Assembly: GCA_002499705.1 (NCBI GenBank) | Contig: DAMU01000056.1 | Span: forward strand, 1 to 51,939 | Direction: 5' to 3' | From: Euryarchaeota archaeon UBA91 | GTDB taxonomy: Archaea > Thermoplasmatota > Poseidoniia > Poseidoniales > Poseidoniaceae | Length of the DNA stretch: 51,939 nucleotides | Shown: positions 1 to 9,214 of the stretch, piece after piece | How the letters are laid out: every line of letters starts with the position of its first letter | Numbering within the stretch: the first letter of the stretch is position 1 | Translations under genes and position numbers: made by a program | Notes under the pieces: generated by a model | The model's input: only the letters and a program-made list of their open reading frames with translations | Told to the model about the DNA's origin: nothing | Database searches by the model: none

Positions 1-39
1 ATAAGGTCGAAGGAAACAACTTCGATTAGAGGGATAGGG

Positions 40-3000
40 ATGTATCTTCAAGCACTCGAAATATCAAACTTCAAATCGTTCAAAGGCGAGATTACCGTTC
101 CACTTGACCGAGGATTCACAGCCATTACTGGGCCGAATGGTTCAGGGAAATCGAACTGTGGAGACGCGATTCAATTTGTTCTTGGCCCTCGAAGTAACAA
201 AGTAATACGAGCTCAAAATGCGAAGGACCTCATTTTCAATGGAGGCAAGAACTCCAAACCTGCACGTTCATGCGAAGTTACACTTGTTTTTGCAAATCCA
301 TTACTTGCCAGCGGCCGTCGTCGCCTTCCATTAGACCAAGACGAAGTCCGTATGACTCGTGCAGTTCGATTATCAAAATCAAACAACACCATCACGACGT
401 ATTTACTCGATGGTGAAGAAAGTACTCAAAAGACATTCCACCGCCTCCTTGGTGCTGCTAATGCTCGACCAGATGGCTACAACATCGTCCTTCAAGGTGA
501 CGTTACGAAGTTAGCTAAAATGACTGCGAAAGAACGCAGAAAGGTTCTCGATGGTGTTGCAGGCGTCACTTCTTATGATGATGAAATTCGAAAGGCAGAC
601 CGTCAAAAAGAAATGGTTGAAGGATATATCGAACGTATTGGACTGCTTGAAGATGAACAAAAAGCACGTCTAAAAGATCTTACCAAAGAGAAGAACCTTG
701 CACTCAAAGTTCAAGATTTAGTGGCTGACCTTCAACAAGCTCGAATTGTGTCCGCTCAATCGAAATTAGCGAGTCAACAATCCGAACGGACCTACATGGT
801 TGAGGAGCGAGTAAGAATAGACGCTGAGGCGTCCCAATTGGAAGGAGAAGTCAAAGAAGGCGCGAAAGTGCTTTTGGAACTTGAAGATAAAATCGGCATC
901 CTCCAAAAGCAAATCGAAGACCTCATGGGTGGTGATTCGAATGGCTTGCTTGCCGCGATTAACCAACTCCAAATCTCAATTGCAACCAGTAACGACCGCA
1001 TAAGTGAAGCGGAGGATAAAGATCTCGAAGACAAAGAAGAATTAGTCGAACTTGCCGAATCACTTTTGCAAGCACAGAATTCACTCGGAGAATTCAAACA
1101 GGAATTGAGCAACGCTGGAACCGATTTGAAAAATGCTGAGACTGCACTTGAAGAAGCCAAGAAAGAAGAGTCTGAAGTTCAAACCCTCCTCGAGTCTTCA
1201 GGCACTGCAAATGCAGAACTTTCACGTGCTCTTTCCAAAGCGATTTCTGAAGTTGAAACTGCAACTGAGGCGTTGCAATTAGCACAGAATGAAGTCAATC
1301 GGGTTGCTACGCAAGCAGAAATGCTGGATGAGCAATTGAGTACAGCACAAGAAGCCGCAGAAAGTGCTCGACTTGCACTGGGAGAATCACAGTTGGTCGG
1401 TGAAGAACTGGGTGCAGATTCTCCTGACCAAGACCGCCGTAAACTCGGTGACCAATTACTCACTGCACAGCGTTCAGAAGCCAAATTGGCCGAAGAGTCA
1501 CAAGCTGTGGAAACTCGATTACGAGAGACAGAGCGAAAACTGAATACTGCAAAGAATGAACTCGAGAACCGAAGCGGTGCTAAAGGCATGGCAGGCGGTG
1601 CTGCTGCTATTATTGCCGCACGAGACCGTGGAGAGCTATCTGGTGTGATTGGAACCGTTGCAGAACTTTGTCAACCACGAGACCCCGCTCATACTGATGC
1701 ACTTGCAACCGCCATTGGCGGAGGTATGACTTCCGTTGTAGTCGACAACGATGAAGTCGCAGCAAAAGCCATTCAATGGCTGGCTCAAAACAAAGCAGGA
1801 AGGGCTACTTTCCTTCCTCTCAATAAACTCACTCAATCCCGTGCTGCTGGAAAGGCAATGATGGTTGCAAAGAAACCTGGTGTCATCGGTTTTGCTAATG
1901 AATTACTGGATTACGATCCTCGTATCGACGTTGCAGTTCGTTTCGTTTTACGAAACACGCTGATTGTCGATAACATGTCCACTGCACGAATGAACATGGG
2001 TGGCGTCCGATTAGTCACTCTCCGGGGCGATGTTACTGAAGCAGGAGGTGCAATGGTCGGTGGTTCAAAGCGAAGAATGACCGTTACATTCGGAGGAAAT
2101 ATTCAGGGAGCAAGCGAAGTTGAAGCCCTTGCCGCAGATGTCGAACGATTCCGTTTAATGGCAGACACTGTCAATGGAGCCTTAACTGAAGCTCGCAGCC
2201 TTCAAACACAACTGCGAGTCAAAATCAACGCTCTTTCTGAAGGCGACCATGCTGTACGATTCCAAGAATGGCGTGCTGAACACAAGCAAGCGCAAACAAA
2301 TCACAACAATGCGCTTGGTGAAGTGGCTACTCTTGAGAAGCGTTTGGTTGAACTCAAACTCGAAGGGACCAATAAAATCCGTGACCATGACCAGGCTCAC
2401 CAGGGACTGACAACTGCGAATGAACAACGCTCAGTTGCTCAAACGGCCTTAGAAGATGCAAGTCCTGAACACCTCAAGGACCGTTTACATGCTGCTGAAG
2501 TAAAGCGTATTGAAGCAGAAGGTCTCAAAGCACAAGCAGAGATTTCACTCAATGGTGATTCAAGCCATCAAAACCTTTTGAGCAGCCGAGTTGATGAAAT
2601 CGCACAACGAATTACCTTGCTTGAAGGGAACGCAATTACTCGAAGTGAAAAAATAGATTCATTACAAGCAGGCATAGCCACTGATTCTATAGACCTCAAG
2701 AAAAAAGAAGACGAACGATTCCAATTCCTTGAAGAGAACCAAGGACTTGAGGAAGAGCGTGTAGAATTAATTGAAGAGCGAAGCGGTTTACATGTCACAC
2801 TTCAACAAAAAGCAACCGATGCTCGTTCACGACGCGTCATGGTTGAAGAAATGGGCCGTGCTCTGACATTGAAAGATGCATCCATTCAAGAAACGCTGCA
2901 AGAAATGTCAGAAAACAACATCGAGGCGGCTCACGAAGATACCGTGTTGCCGAGTGTAGGCGACGCTGAACGTAATGAACGCACATTGCAACGTCGACTG

Positions 3001-3954
3001 GATTCTTACGGTCCGGTCAACATGTTGGCGATTGAGCAATATGATGCATGCGAGGCCCGTCTCTCTGAAATGAAAGGTGATTTCAAAACGCTTCAAGACC
3101 GTCGCAAGCATCTTATCGATGTCACTGAGAAACTTGAAAGCCAACGAAAATCTCGTCTTCTTAATGTTCTTGAGAAGGTCAATGAGAATTTCAAAGTCGC
3201 CTACAAGTCTCTTAGCGACGGTGGCAGAGGAGAATTATTCCTTGAAAACAAGGATGAACCGTTCAAAGGCGGACTGGAATTATGGGCACAACCTCGAGGT
3301 AAGTCAGCGAAAGTCACGCGCCACCAACTTTCCGGAGGCGAGCAATCTATGGCGGCTTTGGCGCTTATTTTCGCAATTCAAGATTACGACCCAAGTCCAT
3401 TCTACTACTTTGACGAAGTTGACCAGAATTTGGACGGTTACAATGCCGAGCGAATTGCACTGATGTGCAGAGAGCGAAGTAAGCGTGCTCAATTCATCAT
3501 GGTAACGCTTCGAAAGGTTTCCCTGCGTCTTGCTGACCATCACATTGGAATTACTCACGGTGGCGATGGATGCAGCCGCCGAATCGTTGACTTCGACCGT
3601 GATCAAGCGATTGCTCTTGGCGAACAAGCTCTTGCTGAGGCTGAAAAGGCAGAAAAGATGGTTCGTTCACGAATTGAAGAAGCCTCTGCAGCAGCACACG
3701 ATATGCCAGAGGTCCCAGAACCATTGGCAACGCCGAATAGCCTCGGAGGATTGCTGAACCACATGGCTACTGTCGAAACCGAGGACACTCCAGAACCAGA
3801 GGCAGGCCTTGGATTGACTGCGCTTTCAGAGCGAACAGCCGACATGACAGAAGATATCGAAGAATATGCTGAAGTGGCTCAGGCCATTCAAGCGGTAGAA
3901 GCCGAAGAGCAAGCGGCTGAAGAGACCACAGAAGCCGAGGAAGAAACAGTTTGA
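40..3954 (+). CDS. smc: Chromosome segregation protein SMC
   Basis: Walker A GPNGSGKSN, Q-loop IVLQGD, long coiled coils, hinge GDVTEAGGAMVGG, ABC signature LSGGEQS, Walker B YYFDEVD; followed by scpA and scpB. Confidence 0.97.
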   Translation: MYLQALEISNFKSFKGEITVPLDRGFTAITGPNGSGKSNCGDAIQFVLGPRSNKVIRAQNAKDLIFNGGKNSKPARSCEVTLVFANPLLASGRRRLPLDQDEVRMTRAVRLSKSNNTITTYLLDGEESTQKTFHRLLGAANARPDGYNIVLQGDVTKLAKMTAKERRKVLDGVAGVTSYDDEIRKADRQKEMVEGYIERIGLLEDEQKARLKDLTKEKNLALKVQDLVADLQQARIVSAQSKLASQQSERTYMVEERVRIDAEASQLEGEVKEGAKVLLELEDKIGILQKQIEDLMGGDSNGLLAAINQLQISIATSNDRISEAEDKDLEDKEELVELAESLLQAQNSLGEFKQELSNAGTDLKNAETALEEAKKEESEVQTLLESSGTANAELSRALSKAISEVETATEALQLAQNEVNRVATQAEMLDEQLSTAQEAAESARLALGESQLVGEELGADSPDQDRRKLGDQLLTAQRSEAKLAEESQAVETRLRETERKLNTAKNELENRSGAKGMAGGAAAIIAARDRGELSGVIGTVAELCQPRDPAHTDALATAIGGGMTSVVVDNDEVAAKAIQWLAQNKAGRATFLPLNKLTQSRAAGKAMMVAKKPGVIGFANELLDYDPRIDVAVRFVLRNTLIVDNMSTARMNMGGVRLVTLRGDVTEAGGAMVGGSKRRMTVTFGGNIQGASEVEALAADVERFRLMADTVNGALTEARSLQTQLRVKINALSEGDHAVRFQEWRAEHKQAQTNHNNALGEVATLEKRLVELKLEGTNKIRDHDQAHQGLTTANEQRSVAQTALEDASPEHLKDRLHAAEVKRIEAEGLKAQAEISLNGDSSHQNLLSSRVDEIAQRITLLEGNAITRSEKIDSLQAGIATDSIDLKKKEDERFQFLEENQGLEEERVELIEERSGLHVTLQQKATDARSRRVMVEEMGRALTLKDASIQETLQEMSENNIEAAHEDTVLPSVGDAERNERTLQRRLDSYGPVNMLAIEQYDACEARLSEMKGDFKTLQDRRKHLIDVTEKLESQRKSRLLNVLEKVNENFKVAYKSLSDGGRGELFLENKDEPFKGGLELWAQPRGKSAKVTRHQLSGGEQSMAALALIFAIQDYDPSPFYYFDEVDQNLDGYNAERIALMCRERSKRAQFIMVTLRKVSLRLADHHIGITHGGDGCSRRIVDFDRDQAIALGEQALAEAEKAEKMVRSRIEEASAAAHDMPEVPEPLATPNSLGGLLNHMATVETEDTPEPEAGLGLTALSERTADMTEDIEEYAEVAQAIQAVEAEEQAAEETTEAEEETV

Positions 3955-3963
3955 GGTGATTTC

Positions 3964-5175
3964 ATGACTGAGCAACAATCGGGTCTGGATAAATGGTTCC
4001 TTCGCCAGGACGTCATCGACCAATTGTTAGCATCAGGTGAAGAATCACAGGAAGCGGCTTTGTTTGGTGACAAAATCATGGCTATTGCTGAAACGGAAGA
4101 AGCGGAACATCAGACACTCATTGACCCCTTTGACCGTTCTGTAGCACTCGTACTCTCTCTGGTGAGAGAAGAAGGTCTTGATGCCTGGAATATCGATCTC
4201 TCGAGTTTCTTGAAAGTATTTACTGCAAGGGTAAAATCCGAAGCAGCCAATCTTGATTTACCTGCATGTGGGCGATTGATTCGACTCTCATGGGAAGTAC
4301 TTCACCAACAAGCAGAGGACCTTTTTGATCGTGTTCAATACGTTGATGAAGATGATTGGGATGACGGTCTTGGTTTTGGTTGGGAAGCAGATTACAATGA
4401 TGAAGACTTCTTCTTTACCAATTCGATTCTTCAAGGGAGTGCAGACGAGATTCTCCCCGACCTTTTAGAAAACCGAGTTCGTAGAGATGAAGGCCGTCCA
4501 GTGACTTTGGTAGAACTTCTTTCAGCGTTCAAAGACGCTTCTGATGATGCTGAAACACTTCGCCTGCGTGAGGAAAACAGATTGGCTCATGAAGAAGAGT
4601 TGAAAGAATATCTTGCAGACGTTGGTGGCAGAATGCACAATGAAGATCTTGAAGGCGACATCAAGCGTTGCTGGCAAGCACTTCGCACCTCGTGCCTTGA
4701 TGCTGGACAGACCAAAGTTCCCGTTTTGCAAGTGATGAATGAACTCAAACCGATTCTTGAACAAGCATTCGGTTCAATTCCTGAAGGATATGATGATGAA
4801 GCGAAGGTCGCATCTTTCATCGCTGGACTTTTCCTCACGCATCGAGGCTTTGCCTCAATTACCCAAGACAGCGTGCCTGATGGCGAGATTTTCCTTGAAG
4901 ATTCATGGCCTCAGATAGAGACTTTTGAAGAAATTAAAGAATTGATAGAAAGCCAACAAGCGGCAGAAAACGAGCGAATTCAAGAGCAGGATTCCGGTTC
5001 GGTTCGTCATGCCAAACTTCGTGCTGAAAAGGCCCGTCTAGCAGAAGAATCTGCTTTACGCAAAGAGGAACGTGCTCTTGCTAAACTGGAAAAGGAACAA
5101 GCAGTTGTCGAAGTTCCTCAATCCAAAGACATTGAAGAACAGTCGTATGACAACCATGAATGGTTGGTTGAATGA
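3964..5175 (+). CDS. scpA: Kleisin ScpA (segregation and condensation protein A)
   Basis: Directly downstream of smc with SD GAGGTGA; N-terminal LDAWNIDL motif, RPVTLVELLSA, C-terminal winged-helix ASFIAGLFL...ITQD...GEIFL. Confidence 0.88.
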   Translation: MTEQQSGLDKWFLRQDVIDQLLASGEESQEAALFGDKIMAIAETEEAEHQTLIDPFDRSVALVLSLVREEGLDAWNIDLSSFLKVFTARVKSEAANLDLPACGRLIRLSWEVLHQQAEDLFDRVQYVDEDDWDDGLGFGWEADYNDEDFFFTNSILQGSADEILPDLLENRVRRDEGRPVTLVELLSAFKDASDDAETLRLREENRLAHEEELKEYLADVGGRMHNEDLEGDIKRCWQALRTSCLDAGQTKVPVLQVMNELKPILEQAFGSIPEGYDDEAKVASFIAGLFLTHRGFASITQDSVPDGEIFLEDSWPQIETFEEIKELIESQQAAENERIQEQDSGSVRHAKLRAEKARLAEESALRKEERALAKLEKEQAVVEVPQSKDIEEQSYDNHEWLVE

Positions 5176-5795
5176 GAGGGAAAGAAATGTCAGAAGTTCC
5201 TGTGGATACGCTGTTAGAAGCCACATTGTTTGGTGCGGGTCGCTCGATGAGTGTTGCAGAACTTTCTACAGCCCTTGGATATGATGAAGATGAGATGCTT
5301 GACTCCTTGTATTCACTCCGTTCAACGCTCAAACGTCGCCGAGGTGGTGCTTTACAAGTGGCAGAAGTCGGAGATAGGTGGGCCATTGAAGTCAAACCTG
5401 AGGTTGCCAGCCATCTGCCAAAGGGAACTAAAACAGAAATTCCGCAGAAACTTCTCAAAGCTGCTGCACTCATCGCTTATCACCAACCCATGCCTCAATC
5501 TCGATTGGTCGAATTGTTGGGACAGAAAGCTTACGATTATGTCCGAGAATTGGCTCAATTAGGGATGGTAGACCGTAGAAAGGATGGAAATACCCGCCGT
5601 CTTTCAACAACTCGCAGGTTTTCTGAAATATTTGGATGCCCTTACACTGACCGTAAGAAAGTCAAGAAATGGTTTCGCGAACAGGTCAAAACCACCGGCC
5701 TATTCGATGGTATGGAAGACGCTGCAGTTCTTCAAGAAGAATCTGAAATCGATGGTTTGATCCAATCGACCTTACCCATTGGCGAAGAAGAGTGA
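5172..5795 (+). CDS. scpB: Kite subunit ScpB
   Basis: LEATLF, LIAYHQP, TTRRFSEIFG motifs of ScpB; ATGA overlap with scpA stop (alternative start ATG 5187). Confidence 0.92.
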   Translation: MRGKEMSEVPVDTLLEATLFGAGRSMSVAELSTALGYDEDEMLDSLYSLRSTLKRRRGGALQVAEVGDRWAIEVKPEVASHLPKGTKTEIPQKLLKAAALIAYHQPMPQSRLVELLGQKAYDYVRELAQLGMVDRRKDGNTRRLSTTRRFSEIFGCPYTDRKKVKKWFREQVKTTGLFDGMEDAAVLQEESEIDGLIQSTLPIGEEE

Positions 5796-5798
5796 CAT

Positions 5799-7097
5799 TC
5801 ACTCTTTTCGCAATTGTTCTAACAGTTCACCGACAAGAGTTTGAGTTTTAGGACCAGTTGCTTGCTGTAAGCGTGCGGCTACAATTTCAATTTCTTCCCC
5901 GACTGCACCTGCAGAAACCGCCATATTGCGTGCGTGCAGTTTCATGTGTCCTGCCTGAATTCCTTTGGTCGAAAGCGCTCGAAGCGCCCCTAAGTTTTGA
6001 GATAATCCTGCTGCAGCTATGATTCCAGCCAATTCCTGGGCCGATTCTACTCCAAGTATGGAAAGATTCGCTTGAGCAACAGGATGGACCTTAGAGGCCC
6101 CTCCAACGGTCCCTACGGCCATTGGTGTCTCGATAGAGCCAACGAGATTCCCATCAGCATCCTTTTCCCACATGGTCATTGAACCATACTGTTCGTTACT
6201 GTGAGCAGCCCATGCGTGACATCCTGCCTCGATAGCACGCCAATCTTGCCCGCAAGCCACTGCTACACTGCTAATCGCATTCATGACGCCCTTGTTGTGC
6301 GTAGCCGCTCGAAACGGGTCAGCCATGGCAAAGTGTTGCGCTTCAAGTATGCCTTCAATGACCGTAAGACCATTCTCATGTGTTCCATCTTCTGAAATTT
6401 CTTCCGGGGTAAAGACGGCACGAACACGGGCTAAACGGTATGCTGCGAGGTTAGAAAGAATTCGCAGATGAACTCTTCCACCGGTGATATCTTCCAGGCG
6501 TGGAGCAATCAATTCCGCCATCGTGTTGACGGCATTTGCCCCCATTGCATCTCGGCAATCAACCACAATGTGGGCAATGAGCATTGGGCCGCTAAGAGAA
6601 TCAAGAAGACGAGTTTCGATACGCTTACATCCACCACCAAGTCGAATCATGGTTGAAGGAAGGCTGTTGCACAAAGCCATCAGCTCTTCAGCATTCGAAA
6701 GAACAGCCTGCTCTGCCTTTTCCCAGTCACTGCATTCCAAAATTTGCAATTGTGCAATCATCATTGGAGCATCTGAATTGGTGTGAAATCCGCCGTTTTT
6801 CAGGCAACGTTTCGCCATATTCGAGGCTGCAGCGACCACACTTGACTCTTCTAAACAGAAAGGAATGAGGTAATGCTTGCCATCGATGACGAAGTTAGTT
6901 GCAACACCTACAGGAAGGGACATCGTTCCTATTACGTTCTCTATCATGCGGTCTGCGGCCTCTTCGCTTAATGCTCCACAGGCTTCCAATGCTGCGATTT
7001 GCTGGTCCGTAAGATCGGCCATATCTGCAACGATTTGACGACGTTCAGCAACACTATGTCGAAAAAACCCACTCAAGCGACTGTTTTCGACCGGCAT
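5799..7097 (-). CDS. Hydroxymethylglutaryl-CoA reductase, class II (bacterial-type)
   Basis: ENVIG, EESSVVAA, DAMGAN, RAATHNKG, GQDWRAIEAG and C-terminal GHMKLH motifs; start moved to ATG 7097 (MPVENSRLSGF; ORF track 7142). Confidence 0.95.
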   Translation of the reverse strand: MPVENSRLSGFFRHSVAERRQIVADMADLTDQQIAALEACGALSEEAADRMIENVIGTMSLPVGVATNFVIDGKHYLIPFCLEESSVVAAASNMAKRCLKNGGFHTNSDAPMMIAQLQILECSDWEKAEQAVLSNAEELMALCNSLPSTMIRLGGGCKRIETRLLDSLSGPMLIAHIVVDCRDAMGANAVNTMAELIAPRLEDITGGRVHLRILSNLAAYRLARVRAVFTPEEISEDGTHENGLTVIEGILEAQHFAMADPFRAATHNKGVMNAISSVAVACGQDWRAIEAGCHAWAAHSNEQYGSMTMWEKDADGNLVGSIETPMAVGTVGGASKVHPVAQANLSILGVESAQELAGIIAAAGLSQNLGALRALSTKGIQAGHMKLHARNMAVSAGAVGEEIEIVAARLQQATGPKTQTLVGELLEQLRKE

Positions 7098-7207
7098 ACG
7101 TCCACGTCCAGTTGTCCCACATGCCTGTAGACCATCAAGCAATCGGCATCAGGGCCTTGAAAAGGTGGATTTCCATTTTCCATCAATTGTCGCTCATCCA
7201 GATTTTC

Positions 7208-7310
7208 TTAACGGGTTTAACGCTTTGGTTAACGCGTTAATATTGCGTTAAATTACTGTTAACGGAGGCATTTAGACAAAGGCGGTAATGAGATTAACAT
7301 GTCCTAACGC
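7208..7310. repeat. Array of TTAACG/CGTTAA motifs in the divergent HMGR / AAA-wHTH intergenic region
   Basis: TTAACG at 7208, 7217, 7229, 7259; CGTTAA at 7235, 7246; TTAACA at 7294; TAACGC at 7305; perfect palindrome TTAACGCGTTAA at 7229-7240. Confidence 0.8.
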
Positions 7311-7390
7311 ATCTCTCGAACCCCTCTTTATGCTCAAAGATGAAATACCCAAAGAGGATTGCTCGAATCATGCGAGTTGTTGGAAAAGAT

Positions 7391-9214
7391 ATGGACCTAC
7401 CTCCCCTTGAGACGAATCCATTCTCGACTTTAGCCCTTGAAGCGAGTGATTCTAACCTCTTAGTCGGGCGCCAGCACACACTTCGAGTGCTTTCTCAATA
7501 CATACAGTTCCGTTCACCTCGCAGGATTTTATTGGTTGGCGAACATGGTTCAGGAAGGACCTCACTGCTTCGCTGTGTCTCGAAAATGTCACCAATTGCA
7601 GTCCATATCGACCATATTCCACCCAGAGATGCAGGACTTAGTTTGTTGAAAGACATCTATTCCCGATTTGTAAATTCTACAGTTCCTGAAAATCGAAATG
7701 AATTAACGAAGAAAATACTGGAAGCATCACAGAGTTATACCAATGCTTTGCCCCTCATTGTTATCGATGCATCAACGGTTGAAATTTCTGCCCTCAATGT
7801 GGCTCTGCGAGACACTTTACCCACCCTCGAACGAATTCAAGCAGTGATTGTTATCGTTCTTGAGACCAAGGACAAAACCATGCTCCACGAATCAATTTTG
7901 CAAAAATTAGACCAGATGAAACCTCTAGCTAACCTCAATTTAGAAGAGGTTCAACTTTTGGTAGAGCGACGCATTGAACAGTCAACTGGTCAACAGTTTC
8001 AGTTCGATCACGAAGATGCTCAACACCTTCTGGAGCAGACTTCGGGTCTGCCTTCTGATGTAATACGGGTCATGCGTGACGCAATTGACCATGCGAAAAT
8101 GTCTCAATATACCTATGTTGAACCGCAATACACCTCCAACAAACCCGTTTCAGAGCCACTTTTCGATGCTTCATTGTTTGAATCTCCTCCGCATTCATCG
8201 TTTGAATCAGTGCTTTCAGAGCCTGCTGAGTCACTGGATACGGTTGATGAAGAATTAGAAGTTGATGAAGCAGCACTGCAGATGGAGCAGGATACGAAAA
8301 TTATGGAAAGTCTTGAAGACATGAATTTTGATCTTAATCTTGACCAGTTGAATGAAGACCAAGATAATCAAGAAGAACTGAAAATACTCGAGTCTATTGA
8401 AGACATGCAGGAAGGCTACGGAGCGGCACCGGCGATTGCCAAACCCGATGTCCATGAGCGCCCTCCTCTGGATGAACTTACGCCAGCAGGGATGACGGGA
8501 CTTTTCTCCCGCAGTCGCTCTTTCCTTGACATGGAACAGGATGATGCACCTGAAGCAAACCTCGTCGAACAGGCAGGGGGCGTTGAACTGTGGGAAGACC
8601 CTTCTCTACAACCTGCTGAAGAAGTCGTGGAGGAGATCAGTGAAGAGGAATCTGCTTACATGCTCCATAATGAGGTTGGGTTCATCGAGGATGAACCTAT
8701 CGAGGTTGAATTCGATGAAATGCAGACAGATATTGAGGCAGTCGAAGACGATTTCGAACTTGATTTTGATACTGCCCCAATTGGCAATGGATTGTTGAGT
8801 GAATTAGCAGGTATGGTGCCGGTAATGAAAGCGCTGCAATTGGCCATCATGACTCCAGACGAGAATGGAACTGCGATTCAGAGAAGAAAATTGGTTGAAG
8901 CACTCGAAGCATTTCAACGCAAACCCAGCGGCCAAAAGCAAGACTATGCCCTGAATGCAGCGGTTCTTTCTGCCTTGACCGGGCATGAAATCGCCATAAT
9001 ATCAATTGCTCATTACCGAAGATATTCACCATCGGATGAAGAATTGCTCCAACAATTGAATATCAAGCGAGCAAGGCTTTCTCAAATCAGTAACCGATTG
9101 CTGAAAGCAGGTGTTTTGAGTGTTCGAACACTTGGACGTAACAGATATTACGAATTAACCCAAGCCGCTCGAGCCCAATTGATTGCTTGGAATGTGATAG
9201 GAGGTGAGAACTGA
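7391..9214 (+). CDS. Degenerate AAA+ ATPase (Cdc6/Orc1- or ExeA-like) with long acidic linker and C-terminal winged-helix domain
   Basis: NPF...LVGR N-terminus, P-loop GEHGSGRT, Walker-B-like LIVIDAS, lid TSGLPSDVIR, ~250-aa acidic low-complexity region, wHTH RARLSQISNRLLKAGVLSVRTLGRNRYYELT; start could be 7340, 7370 or 7391. Confidence 0.75.
   Translation: MDLPPLETNPFSTLALEASDSNLLVGRQHTLRVLSQYIQFRSPRRILLVGEHGSGRTSLLRCVSKMSPIAVHIDHIPPRDAGLSLLKDIYSRFVNSTVPENRNELTKKILEASQSYTNALPLIVIDASTVEISALNVALRDTLPTLERIQAVIVIVLETKDKTMLHESILQKLDQMKPLANLNLEEVQLLVERRIEQSTGQQFQFDHEDAQHLLEQTSGLPSDVIRVMRDAIDHAKMSQYTYVEPQYTSNKPVSEPLFDASLFESPPHSSFESVLSEPAESLDTVDEELEVDEAALQMEQDTKIMESLEDMNFDLNLDQLNEDQDNQEELKILESIEDMQEGYGAAPAIAKPDVHERPPLDELTPAGMTGLFSRSRSFLDMEQDDAPEANLVEQAGGVELWEDPSLQPAEEVVEEISEEESAYMLHNEVGFIEDEPIEVEFDEMQTDIEAVEDDFELDFDTAPIGNGLLSELAGMVPVMKALQLAIMTPDENGTAIQRRKLVEALEAFQRKPSGQKQDYALNAAVLSALTGHEIAIISIAHYRRYSPSDEELLQQLNIKRARLSQISNRLLKAGVLSVRTLGRNRYYELTQAARAQLIAWNVIGGEN

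Noticed and set aside
40..5795. Wadjet/MksBEFG-type defence SMC system
   Set aside because: This is a canonical full-length Smc with hinge in smc-scpA-scpB order, with no JetD/MksG Toprim nuclease nearby.
5799..7097. Class II HMG-CoA reductase as a novelty
   Set aside because: Bacterial-type HMGR is already established in Thermoplasmatales and Archaeoglobus.
7215..7242. dif/Xer-like site (11-6-11 geometry; nearby TTGCGTTAAAT resembles a XerD arm)
   Set aside because: The inner ATAA/TTAT positions conserved in dif sites are absent; the match is better explained by the TTAACG array.
7208..7310. CRISPR or mini-CRISPR array
   Set aside because: Repeat units are 6 bp with very short spacers, and there are no cas genes.
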